From contig JAFQCL010000001.1 in NCBI GenBank assembly GCA_017416425.1, positions 14,291 through 78,290 of the forward strand: a DNA stretch of 64,000 nucleotides. Direction: 5' to 3'. The translations under genes were made by a program, and so were the position numbers. The notes below the pieces were generated by a model. That model was given only the letters and a program-made list of their open reading frames with translations. It ran no database searches and was not told the origin of the DNA. Origin of the DNA: Clostridia bacterium (GTDB lineage Bacteria; Bacillota; Clostridia; Christensenellales; CAG-138). Shown here piece after piece: positions 19,295 to 28,462 of the stretch; the first letter of the stretch is position 1; every line of letters starts with the position of its first letter.

Positions 19295-20458
19295 ATGACT
19301 AAAAGAATCTATATGGACAATGCGGCGACCACCGCTCTTAGCGGCGAGGTATTAAACGCCATGATGCCTGTGATGACCGAATGCTTTGGCAATGCTTCAA
19401 GCATACACGCATATGGCCGTGAGGCGGCGGCTTATGTTGAAAAAGCCCGCGCTCAGGTCGCTGCGGCGATTGGCGCTGCGCCCTCTGAGATAGTGTTTAC
19501 AGGCAGCGGCACCGAGGCTGATAATCTTGCGATACACGGCTATGCTTTAAGAAATAAAAAGCGGGGCAACCACATTATAACTACCACAGTAGAACACCAT
19601 GCTGTGCTTCATACCTGCGAGGCGCTTGAAAAGCAGGGCTATGAGGTAACGTATCTTCCTGTGGATGAATACGGCCTTGTGACAAAGGAGCAGGTGGAAG
19701 CTGCCATTAAGGAAAATACGATACTTGTGAGCATAATGTTTGCCAACAATGAGGTGGGCTCCATAATGCCCATAGAGGAGATAGGAAAGCTCTGCCGTGA
19801 GCGCAAAATAGCGTTCCATACCGATGCGGTGCAGGCTGTATGTCATGTGCCGATCGATGTAAACGCCATGAATATTGACATGCTGTCCATATCGGCGCAT
19901 AAAATACATGGTCCAAAGGGTGTGGGAGCGCTCTATGTGAGAAAGGGCATACTTATAGAGCCATTGATAGTAGGCGGAGCGCAGGAAAAGCGCAAAAGAG
20001 CGGGCACCGAGAATGTAGCGGGCATAGTCGGTCTTGGTGCGGCTATAGAGATAGGCGTAAGGGAAATGCCAAATGCTATGGCGAAGGTAAAGGCGCTTCG
20101 TGACAGGCTGATAGACGGCATACTGAGCGCGATACCCGAGGTGAAGCTCAATGGACACAGGGAAAACAGACTTCCCGGAAACGTTAACGTGAGCATACGC
20201 TATATTGAGGGCGAGGCCATTCTTCTGATGCTCGATATAAACGGCATTGCAGCTTCAAGCGGCTCGGCATGTACCTCCGGCTCGCTTGACCCCTCTCATG
20301 TGCTGCTTTCAATGGGTATTCCCCACGAAATAGCGCATGGTTCGCTGAGGCTCTCGCTTAGCGATTATAATACCGATGAGGATGTGGATTATGTGCTTTC
20401 AAAGCTTCCCGAGGTAGTAGCAAAGCTTAGGAAGATGTCCCCGCTTTATAATGGTTGA
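19295..20458 (+). CDS. nifS: Cysteine desulfurase (NifS/IscS type)
   Basis: PLP-lysine motif [12 protein letters not shown] and catalytic Cys loop SSGSACTSG. 387 aa. Confidence 0.9.
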   Translation: MTKRIYMDNAATTALSGEVLNAMMPVMTECFGNASSIHAYGREAAAYVEKARAQVAAAIGAAPSEIVFTGSGTEADNLAIHGYALRNKKRGNHIITTTVEHHAVLHTCEALEKQGYEVTYLPVDEYGLVTKEQVEAAIKENTILVSIMFANNEVGSIMPIEEIGKLCRERKIAFHTDAVQAVCHVPIDVNAMNIDMLSISAHKIHGPKGVGALYVRKGILIEPLIVGGAQEKRKRAGTENVAGIVGLGAAIEIGVREMPNAMAKVKALRDRLIDGILSAIPEVKLNGHRENRLPGNVNVSIRYIEGEAILLMLDINGIAASSGSACTSGSLDPSHVLLSMGIPHEIAHGSLRLSLSDYNTDEDVDYVLSKLPEVVAKLRKMSPLYNG

Positions 20459-20488
20459 TTATAGTGAATAATTTTGGAGGATAAAACT

Positions 20489-20929
20489 ATGTATACTGAA
20501 AAGGTAATGGATCATTTTTCCAATCCGCGCAATATGGGCGAGCTTGATGATGCAAATGGAGTAGGCATGGTCGGAAACGCCAAGTGCGGCGATATAATGA
20601 AGATATTCCTAAAAGTAAGCGATGACGGAATAATCGAGGATATAAGTTTTAAAACTTTTGGATGCGGCGCGGCTGTCGCAACATCATCAATGGCAACCGA
20701 GCTTATAAAGGGCAAGCATATCGAAGAGGCGCTTAAGCTTTCAAACGCCGCCGTGGTAGAGGCATTAGAAGGTCTGCCGCCTGCCAAGCTTCATTGCTCC
20801 GTACTTGCAGAGGAAGCCGTACATGCCGCTATAAAGGATTACTATGAGCGCATGGGTATGCATGAAAAGGCTGAAGAGATAGCCGAAAATGAGCATTTTG
20901 AAGAGCATGAGGCGCCAAGGGAGCATTGA
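20489..20929 (+). CDS. nifU: Fe-S cluster assembly scaffold (NifU N-terminal/IscU-like)
   Basis: Three conserved Cys (GNAKCGD, FGCGAAVA, KLHCSVLA). ATG 20489; the tracked ORF starts at an upstream TTG. Confidence 0.9.
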   Translation: MYTEKVMDHFSNPRNMGELDDANGVGMVGNAKCGDIMKIFLKVSDDGIIEDISFKTFGCGAAVATSSMATELIKGKHIEEALKLSNAAVVEALEGLPPAKLHCSVLAEEAVHAAIKDYYERMGMHEKAEEIAENEHFEEHEAPREH

Positions 20930-20933
20930 TCTT

Positions 20934-21434
20934 ATGAAAAAACGTATAATTTTCTTTACACTTATGCTTACTTTTATAATGCTGTTTGCTTTTTCCTGCG
21001 GTGAGGCGCAGAATGATAACGCCGACCTCATTGGAAGCTGCACTTTAAAGGTAGACTGCATTACGATACTATCCAACATGGAAAAATTGAACCCGGATAA
21101 GGTCGAGCTCATACCCGAGGATGGCATTATAGTCGAGCTTGAGGACGTGGACATATATGAGGGAGACACCGTTTATTCCGTATTCGCAAGGGAGATGAAG
21201 GCTAAAGGCATAGCGCAGAGCTCCACCGACCTTGGCGAGGGAATGTGCTACATATCCAGCGTTTCCGGCATAGCGGAGTTTGACTGCACCGAAATGGGCG
21301 GCTGGATGTATCTTGTAAATGGAGAATCATCGCTGCTTTCCGTTAACCAGCAAGAGGTTTTAGACGGAGATACGATCGAAATACGCTACTCCTGCAACTG
21401 GGGAGAGGATATCGGTATCGTATTTGGAGAATAA
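20934..21434 (+). CDS. DUF4430-like secreted lipoprotein
   Basis: Signal peptide with lipobox FSCG. C-terminal GGWMYLVNGE...DGDTIEIRY resembles the DUF4430 (transcobalamin-like) signature. Starts 5 nt after the nifU stop. Confidence 0.65.
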   Translation: MKKRIIFFTLMLTFIMLFAFSCGEAQNDNADLIGSCTLKVDCITILSNMEKLNPDKVELIPEDGIIVELEDVDIYEGDTVYSVFAREMKAKGIAQSSTDLGEGMCYISSVSGIAEFDCTEMGGWMYLVNGESSLLSVNQQEVLDGDTIEIRYSCNWGEDIGIVFGE

Positions 21435-21537
21435 GACATAAATGAAGAAGGGTATTTTAGCGCCGTAAGTCCGCCGGTAAAGCAGGCTTGCGACGAGGCA
21501 TTCGCAGATATGCCATAAAATAATATAATAAGAGTAA

Positions 21538-21580
21538 AACAGCCTTGAGATCAAGTAAATCAAGGTTGTTTTATGTTTTA
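21538..21580 (+). terminator. Rho-independent terminator
   Basis: 11-bp stem aacagccttga/tcaaggttgtt followed by a T-rich tail. Confidence 0.55.
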
Positions 21581-22191
21581 TTTTGCTATTTTAAAAAATC
21601 TGTTTTTCATCAGAGGCTTAGTCGGAGGCCCAGGGCGTAATAGCTCTTTTATTATAATAAAAATTAGGTATATTTTAAAATCTTCATACATGGTTTTAGC
21701 TGTATGCTTATGATTCACGATAGTTTCAATTGAGCATTATTAAGTTATCCGGAACCTTTGTGGAATTTGGGAATCTACTTATATCGCGATCAAACAATCT
21801 ACCGATTTATCTGTACCACACAAGGGCTCTTGGGTGACTGTGACACCGGTACAGTACAAAAATCTTCGTACGACTTGGCATACAAAGAATTAACTGTTTT
21901 ACGAACACTTTCTATACTAAATGGGAATAATTTTTCAAAAAGCGCCCTATAAAAATAAGAGCGCTTAAAAGTGCTGACTGTTATCATTTTTAATCAGCCG
22001 GTTTTTACTGCACCTAACTCATCGCTATCAGCTTTTCAAGAGCGGAAGAGAAATCTCGTTTTTAATTTTTACTTAATCGCCTCTCCCCCGGCAATATGTA
22101 AAGGTGATTTATGGAAATATCCGCTCTTTTTCTAAACACTGCTCTGGAAATATTCCGTTCCAGATGATATTGTTTAACTTATGCGCAATTA

Positions 22192-23898
22192 TTATTTATC
22201 GTTACCTGCTTTTTCCTCCTGATGCATTAAAGCGGCATACCGCAATAGCTCTTTGCGGGATGTTACTCCAAGCTTGCTATAGATATTTTTGTTGTGGTAT
22301 TTGAGCGTATTTTCCTTAATGCACAATATCTCTAAAATATCCTTTGCGCCCTCACCTGAGATATATAGGTTAAAAATATTGCGCTCGGTTGGCGTTAGGG
22401 TGAAAAGGTTGTTTAAGAATTGCTTATAAAGTTCAGGATCGACCTCATGCTTTCTCAAATAAGCAAGACGAGAGATCTCAAGCTGCGCTTTTTCATATTC
22501 ATCCTGTGTCTTTGTAAGCTCATTCTGTATACGCAGGCTGTGCTGTTCTTTTTGGCGTATTTCCTCTTCGTGTTCGCGGTCTTTTGCAGCAAGGAATTCA
22601 AACAGGTCGTTGATCTCAAGATATGGGGCCGCTTTAAGCTCCTCATGAGGCGTATTTTTAATAGATTGAAGCGCATCGGTAACCGGGCGCAGATAACGTC
22701 GGCTGATAAATACCGAAGTAAGCAGGCTAACGATTAAAAGCGCTATCACGATGTATATAAGATAAGAAACATCTCCCTTGATAGCCTGATCTAAAAGCTC
22801 CTGTGGCATAAGTATAGCTACCGACCACTTTTCCTCCTCGTAGGGCGATCCATCCGGATATAAACGAATATATTTACTTTTCCCGCCGTACGATCCCGCT
22901 TCCGAGGAGAAACGCTCAAAATCGTCCTTATTTCCGATGCGGGATAGATTCTCGCTCAAGCGGTTGCCGGTGAGATAGTAGTTACCTGCTATTATACCAT
23001 CTGAGGTGCACAGCTCCTCGTCACATGCGGGCGCCATGACGGTGAAAATATTATCGTAAGTACCTCCTTCGGGTGAAAACAGCGATTTAAACATGCGGTC
23101 ACTGACTTCAATGCCGAATATACCAAATACCGTTCCGCTTTCACTTCGCAGTGGTACACAAAGAAGAAATCCTGCTTCGCTGTTGCCTTTTAATGTTACT
23201 CGCCCCGACCAGTAATACAGGCGGGAAAGCGGCAATTCAGGATTTTCCCGAGCTGATTCAATGACTTTAGTGAAGAATTCCTGACCTGAAATATCATATT
23301 CCATATGCCATTGACCTAGCAGCATAATCCCATTATCGCGGGCAAGTTTTGCAGGACCGCGCAGATAATGGAGCTTTACGCCGACGACATCTGTTGAGGT
23401 AGGCTGTGTTTTTTTTATGAATACACCGGCTTTAGCGGTATCGGCGTTTTCAGCATCGGGTGCTATTGTGGCGTCCAGCATTATGAATACGCCTCCGCAA
23501 TAACGACCATTTATGGTGTTTATGAGGGTTGACATATGCTCGGAAAGCAAAGGCTCCAGAATTTCAGGATGGCTGGCCAGATCATCGGCTTGAATTTGGT
23601 TTACAGAAAAGAATGCGTCACAACGTTTTGCAATATCTTCCGCAATATTGATTCCGCTTAGAGAAATATGACCGAAATCATTGGCGATCGTCTGTGAAAT
23701 ATTTGCAAGTTCGGTATTCATATGATTTTGTATAGTCTCCTCACCCTTGCCGGTAATGCCGAAGAGAGTAAGAAGCAGAGTAAAACAAAGAATCAATAGA
23801 ACGGAAAGGGACAGGAAAAAGAGGAGCAATCTGCGATGCAAAGTTGTTCCTTTTATATTTCGCTCTTTTTTCCATAAGGTAAGCGCCTGTTTCAGCAT
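22192..23898 (-). CDS. Membrane-anchored LuxR-family transcriptional regulator with a large extracytoplasmic sensor domain
   Basis: 568 aa. TM1 at aa ~23-47, ~330-aa external domain, TM2 at aa ~377-399, coiled coil at ~435-480. C-terminal LuxR/GerE HTH (TPTERNIFNLYISG...TLKYHNKNIYSKLGVTSRKELL). Confidence 0.8.
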   Translation of the reverse strand: MLKQALTLWKKERNIKGTTLHRRLLLFFLSLSVLLILCFTLLLTLFGITGKGEETIQNHMNTELANISQTIANDFGHISLSGINIAEDIAKRCDAFFSVNQIQADDLASHPEILEPLLSEHMSTLINTINGRYCGGVFIMLDATIAPDAENADTAKAGVFIKKTQPTSTDVVGVKLHYLRGPAKLARDNGIMLLGQWHMEYDISGQEFFTKVIESARENPELPLSRLYYWSGRVTLKGNSEAGFLLCVPLRSESGTVFGIFGIEVSDRMFKSLFSPEGGTYDNIFTVMAPACDEELCTSDGIIAGNYYLTGNRLSENLSRIGNKDDFERFSSEAGSYGGKSKYIRLYPDGSPYEEEKWSVAILMPQELLDQAIKGDVSYLIYIVIALLIVSLLTSVFISRRYLRPVTDALQSIKNTPHEELKAAPYLEINDLFEFLAAKDREHEEEIRQKEQHSLRIQNELTKTQDEYEKAQLEISRLAYLRKHEVDPELYKQFLNNLFTLTPTERNIFNLYISGEGAKDILEILCIKENTLKYHNKNIYSKLGVTSRKELLRYAALMHQEEKAGNDK

Positions 23899-23935
23899 GT
23901 GACCTTATTCCTTCTTTCAAAAATATACCTTGTCT

Positions 23936-25288
23936 TTAATTTATAAAATCGTTTAGCGCGCTTTCAGGGGAAATAGGTTTTCCGGCAAGATAGTTATTGC
24001 GTTCCAAAGTCAAAAGCGCTTTGAAATCACTTTCATAGGCATTGCTATCGGCATCTAGCTGGGCGTAATTGGGAGCGGTAAAAAAGCTGTAGCTTTCATA
24101 CATGGAAAGGACTGCGGTAAGCATTTCCATGATTCGAGTATCCTCAAGCTCTACAAGATGGATAATCATATCCTCTTCAAATGCCTGCTTGGTTACAGGA
24201 AGATAGCCTGTTTTTTCAATAAATTTCATGTTTTGCTCGGATGCGGTGAGCCATTTGATAAATACACAGGCTGCATATTCTTTCTTTTCATCCGACTTTG
24301 CTACCATCAAGCCTCCTCCGCGCTGTAAAGCCGTCTTTGTGCCATTTTCAAACACGGGATACGGCAAAATGTTATAGTCCACAGTCTCTAACGTGCCGTC
24401 CGCATAGGTTATGGTATCGCCGTAGAACAGAATACCTGCGGACGAGCCTGTTGAACAAACCAAATCGCCGGTCTTTGAAAGGTCGGAAGAGTAACCATTG
24501 TAGATTGCGATGCCGCCCTCTACTGCAGGGGTATAAACTGTTTCAAAAATATGCTTGAACTCATCTCCTTTAAGGGAAAGGGTTTCTCCTTCAAATATAC
24601 TTGCGCCAAGCTGTACCATGCCTACCTCGGCAAAATTAAACCAGGAATCGGCAGAATAGAATTGCTTGCCATCGTTTGGCGTATCGGGAGTTTGCGCGTC
24701 TGTCCAATCATAATACATTTTAGAAAGTTCAGATATTCCTTCAAAGGTGGAAAGCAGCTCTGCGTTTGCACCGGTAGCATCGGCAAAACGGTCAAACAGC
24801 GTCTGGTTCAGATATAAAACCTCAGTAGACTTGGCAATCGGGAAAACATATAGCCCGCTGTCCGACAGCCTGCCCTCGTCAAGAAAAGCGTCTACATACT
24901 CCTGCAGTTCAGCCTCGGTAAAGTAATCGTTGAAATTGGCAAGCAGTCCTTTTTCATAGAACTGTATAGCCACTTTGGGATAACCTGTAAATATGTCCGG
25001 CATATCAGGCGCACCCGGGTCGCCATTTGCTATCATATCAAGGCTCTTGTTTAATTCAGAGCTGGACGAAATCGCCGTCACATCGATGACAATGCCTTGC
25101 TCTTTTCCTACTGTGCTATTGAATTGATCGATAAGAACGTCCATGGTCTCCTGCATGTCGCCTCCGTAGTTATGCCACATAGTCAGTGTGACAGGATCCC
25201 TTGGGTCAAGAGGGGAACTGTTTGCACAGCCGGAAAATACACCGAGCAGAAATAGCAGTGTTATGATGAGTGCGAATAATTTTTTCAT
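23936..25288 (-). CDS. ABC-type extracellular solute-binding lipoprotein (family 1, sugar-type), orphan
   Basis: ATG 25288 after GGGAGGAAA. MKKLFALIITLLFLLGVFSGC lipobox. About 450 aa, SBP_bac_1-like. No permease or ATPase adjacent. The tracked ORF has a spurious 94-aa N-terminal extension. Confidence 0.8.
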   Translation of the reverse strand: MKKLFALIITLLFLLGVFSGCANSSPLDPRDPVTLTMWHNYGGDMQETMDVLIDQFNSTVGKEQGIVIDVTAISSSSELNKSLDMIANGDPGAPDMPDIFTGYPKVAIQFYEKGLLANFNDYFTEAELQEYVDAFLDEGRLSDSGLYVFPIAKSTEVLYLNQTLFDRFADATGANAELLSTFEGISELSKMYYDWTDAQTPDTPNDGKQFYSADSWFNFAEVGMVQLGASIFEGETLSLKGDEFKHIFETVYTPAVEGGIAIYNGYSSDLSKTGDLVCSTGSSAGILFYGDTITYADGTLETVDYNILPYPVFENGTKTALQRGGGLMVAKSDEKKEYAACVFIKWLTASEQNMKFIEKTGYLPVTKQAFEEDMIIHLVELEDTRIMEMLTAVLSMYESYSFFTAPNYAQLDADSNAYESDFKALLTLERNNYLAGKPISPESALNDFIN

Positions 25289-25674
25289 ATTTTTCCTCCC
25301 TGAGCATTGCATCCCACCTGTTTTCCCACACCAAAAGCAAAAAAAACGATTAATATTAAAAGTTTTTTCGATTTTCCCACCCTTTTGGCGGTGGCGTGTG
25401 GGGACAAAAGCGGAAATATCGCTTAAATTGAACTCGTAAGCAGGCTCCAAGAGCGGTATAAGGCCTGCCCATTGTGGATGAAAAACGATAGTGGGGTACC
25501 GCAGCATGTTTAGAAATTGTATTGCAAGCATGTGTTTCTGCCCGGACGCGCCAACGACCGCATAAACCACCCTACTATTTTATTATATCATACTATGTTT
25601 ATTGAAGCAATAGTAGATGCTGTCAGCCACCAAAGAACCGCGATTTATAGTATGGAACGGAAGGAGGTACTATT

Positions 25675-26046
25675 TTGGAGAAGAAATTATGTGAAACTGC
25701 AAGTTATAGGATCATATCGGATAAAGAAGGTAATCGCTTTCGTTTCTTTTGCGGCATATCGGGTATTGCGGTGTATACAAGCAACCCTGTTCGTGCTGAA
25801 ATCACCGAGGATGAACTTAGGATGGCTTGGGAGCTTGAGGGTAAGAAACATTTTAATCTGTGTCACAAATGTGAACGCTGGGCAAGCGACATGATGTATA
25901 ATGCGGACGTTTGTGAATGTATAGATTGTGCGCCGTGGGAAAACGAACCTAAATATTGTCACAAATGTGGCAGTGCGCTTTCCACACCCGATATCTTTTG
26001 CCGAAAATGCGGTGCACGCCTTCGATACGGGGAGGTGTGGACATGA
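25675..26046 (+). CDS. Cys-rich soluble protein with a C-terminal zinc ribbon
   Basis: TTG start 7 nt after AAGGAGG. 123 aa, 11 Cys including CHKCERW, CECIDC and CHKCGSAL...CRKCGARL. Stop overlaps the next start (ATGA). Confidence 0.65.
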   Translation: MEKKLCETASYRIISDKEGNRFRFFCGISGIAVYTSNPVRAEITEDELRMAWELEGKKHFNLCHKCERWASDMMYNADVCECIDCAPWENEPKYCHKCGSALSTPDIFCRKCGARLRYGEVWT

Positions 26047-26336
26047 CAGCGGAAAAACTTCAGCTTATAAGACTTGAAAGCATGAAGCAATACGGTTTCG
26101 GATTACAGGCCATGAAAACGATCAAGGTCTGCGGCGCATGCAAAGCTGCGATCTCGGCAGATCAACGTATTTGCAGCGAGTGCGGTCATAAGCTCCCGAA
26201 TAAGACCCTGTATCAGATTTATAAGGCAAGGCACAGAGTCTGTCCCATATGTGAGACTATTGTTCCCGACAGCTGCGAATATTGTCCGCAGTGTGGGAAA
26301 AAGCTTTTGAAACACAAAAGAAACAGTAATATTTAA
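26043..26336 (+). CDS. Double zinc-ribbon protein
   Basis: 97 aa. ATG 26043 after GGAGGTG. CGACK...CSECGHKL and CPICE...CPQCGKKL. Translationally coupled to the upstream gene. Confidence 0.7.
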   Translation: MTAEKLQLIRLESMKQYGFGLQAMKTIKVCGACKAAISADQRICSECGHKLPNKTLYQIYKARHRVCPICETIVPDSCEYCPQCGKKLLKHKRNSNI

Positions 26337-26358
26337 AAACAAAAACGGAGGTTTGTCC

Positions 26359-27225
26359 ATGAGCTTTTTAGAAAGAACGATAAGACGGGCTGTAAGCAAG
26401 GGCGTTAGCAACGCGGTAGGAAACGCGGTGCAGAAGGCTGTAGAGCCAAAGGCAACGGAGCTTGCAAACCAGGCTGCCCAGCACATCGACAACGCAGCGC
26501 AGAGTGTTGCAAGAAGCACAGCACAGCAAAACACGGCCGCGACAAGCGAACTTAGAGGCGCTTTTTCCAATCTTGAGCGCTCGATGCAGGACTACGCTAC
26601 CGAAAGGGCTAAAAATATCAAGATATGCCCGAGCTGCGGTGAGGCTACAGGTGCGGAAAAGAAGTTTTGCCCATCCTGCGGAACAAAGCTGCCTGAGCAA
26701 ACGGTGGCTCAGGGCGCTGTTTGCACAAATTGCGGCAAGCAAAATTCTATCGGTACAAAATTCTGTTCCGACTGCGGAGCAAAGCTGCCCGCGGCTATCG
26801 CTGAGGAACAGGCGCAGGCAGAGCGCAATGCCGCTGTAATGGCTGAGTGGGATAAATACCTTCCGCAATATCCAAAGTGGAATTGTGGAGGATCGGAGTT
26901 TAATATCGAAGAATATGATCCCGGATGTTTTGAGTTCCGCGCATTTTTTAACGGAAACAGCCAGGCGGCACGCAGAGCCGTAGATGCATACAGACAAATT
27001 CTCTTGCAAAACGGATTTAGACAAGCAGGCGAATATCCGTGTATTGAACACTTATATAAGATGGAGAACGGTGTTTGCTATCATGTAGATACAGGAATGT
27101 GCTTTGAAGGTTCTTCCGATAGCCCATCTATTTCGTTTGACACCCGTGAGCCTCGCGGTGGCTTCAACTACGTAAAGCCCGCGCCCAGAAAGAAAACAAG
27201 TTTTAAAGACCTTCTTGGTTTGTAA
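26359..27225 (+). CDS. Double zinc-ribbon protein with an Ala/Gln-rich N-terminus and an alpha/beta C-terminal domain
   Basis: ATG 26359 after GGAGG. CPSCG...CPSCGTKLP and CTNCG...CSDCGAKLP. No TM segment. Confidence 0.75.
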   Translation: MSFLERTIRRAVSKGVSNAVGNAVQKAVEPKATELANQAAQHIDNAAQSVARSTAQQNTAATSELRGAFSNLERSMQDYATERAKNIKICPSCGEATGAEKKFCPSCGTKLPEQTVAQGAVCTNCGKQNSIGTKFCSDCGAKLPAAIAEEQAQAERNAAVMAEWDKYLPQYPKWNCGGSEFNIEEYDPGCFEFRAFFNGNSQAARRAVDAYRQILLQNGFRQAGEYPCIEHLYKMENGVCYHVDTGMCFEGSSDSPSISFDTREPRGGFNYVKPAPRKKTSFKDLLGL

Positions 27226-27243
27226 TTTCAAGGAGAAACCGCT

Positions 27244-27741
27244 ATGAAAAAATTATTTGCGCTTTTGCTTGCTTTGATAATGGTATTCTCCTTTGCCGCT
27301 TGCGGAAACAGTGATAATCCCGATCCTTCGGGCAGCGACAATCCCGGCGTTTCGCAGACGGATGATAGCGGCAAGGAAAATGATAACGGTAGCGAAACTA
27401 ACGGCAGTTCGCAAGATACCGACAGTAGCCAAAAGCCTTATGAGGATGAAACCGGAAAAGAAGCATGGCCGGAAACGGATTTGACAGCGCTTGTTCCCAC
27501 ACCTGCACAGGGTAATGTTCTGCGGAGCAGTCTGAGCGATACTTTTTCAACGATAGAGGTGTCGTGGACATACGATGAAGCACTTGCTTACGTTCAGCAG
27601 CTGAAAGATGCGGGTTTTGGTGATGATATTGTTGAAAAGTTTGAACAGCAGAAAGTAATTAAGAGAACGCATAACGGCGTGGAGATTTATCTTGTATATA
27701 TGGATGATACTTTAACAATGATTACGCTCACGAAAGAATAA
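27244..27741 (+). CDS. Lipoprotein, island family (shared signal/linker)
   Basis: MKKLFALLLALIMVFSFAACGNSDNPDPSGSDNPGVSQTDD. AAGGAG RBS. 165 aa. Confidence 0.8.
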   Translation: MKKLFALLLALIMVFSFAACGNSDNPDPSGSDNPGVSQTDDSGKENDNGSETNGSSQDTDSSQKPYEDETGKEAWPETDLTALVPTPAQGNVLRSSLSDTFSTIEVSWTYDEALAYVQQLKDAGFGDDIVEKFEQQKVIKRTHNGVEIYLVYMDDTLTMITLTKE

Positions 27742-27825
27742 CTCACCCCACACCACGTGCGGTCTGCCTAAGTGCCGACCGCGCCCGTGTGTGCAAATTC
27801 AGAAAAGCGAAATGAGGACAACACT

Positions 27826-28383
27826 ATGAAAAAACTGTTAGCGATCCTACTTGCAGCCATAATGCTGCTCTCACTTGCGGCTTGCGGCAATACCGATAAC
27901 CCCGATCCTTCGGGAACGGACGATCCCGGCGTTTCACAGACCCATGATCAGGGCGCTTTTGAACCGTCGAACACGCCAAATCCACCGAGCAACAACACTT
28001 CTCTTGAAGCCCCATGGTTTGGTTGGAGCGAGGATGATATCAAACCCGATACCGGCTTTGCAGGCATTGAAGCTATGGACAATGCAGGTTGGTTTATTTC
28101 TTTGACAGAACCTCTCACCGAAGATACCTATAAAGCATGGTATGCAAAATTGGTATCAAAGATCGAGAATTTTGCGGACAATAGCGAATATATCATTCAG
28201 AATGTGACGGATTTGGATGCAAGCCTGAACGAGGCGATAAATACATTTAATGCCGGTGGTGGAGCTCTTTACATTATGTTTGAATATAAAGTAGGCGATA
28301 TGACGATTGGCGTTACGACCGGTGTTACAAATTTTGAAGATACCGAAGATGTGCTTTACTTTTATTTGAGAGAAATTGAATAA
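27826..28383 (+). CDS. Lipoprotein, island family (shared signal/linker)
   Basis: ATG 27826. MKKLLAILLAAIMLLSLAACGNTDNPDPSGTDDPGVSQTHD. The tracked ORF starts 54 nt earlier. Confidence 0.8.
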   Translation: MKKLLAILLAAIMLLSLAACGNTDNPDPSGTDDPGVSQTHDQGAFEPSNTPNPPSNNTSLEAPWFGWSEDDIKPDTGFAGIEAMDNAGWFISLTEPLTEDTYKAWYAKLVSKIENFADNSEYIIQNVTDLDASLNEAINTFNAGGGALYIMFEYKVGDMTIGVTTGVTNFEDTEDVLYFYLREIE

Positions 28384-28462
28384 CAAACCCATACCATCAG
28401 AGAGGGTGGCAACCACCGCCAAACTCACATGCGCTTTAAATCAATGAAAGGATTATCGGACT

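Noticed and set aside
25289-25570. 94-aa N-terminal extension of the solute-binding protein ORF.
   Set aside because: The internal ATG 25288 has a strong RBS and starts a canonical lipoprotein signal peptide. The extension covers the promoter/operator region.
26368-27051. Long antisense ORFs opposite well-supported genes: 26368..27051, 26103..26570, 28553..29236, 19547..20158, 4498..5100, 58215..58766, 60029..60763, 60914..61441, 56003..56635 and 34748..35185.
   Set aside because: Each overlaps a gene with clear family motifs, an RBS or a signal peptide on the other strand. Their translations are low-complexity (Arg/Leu/Cys/Ser-rich) and lack RBS or recognisable motifs. These are typical shadow ORFs.
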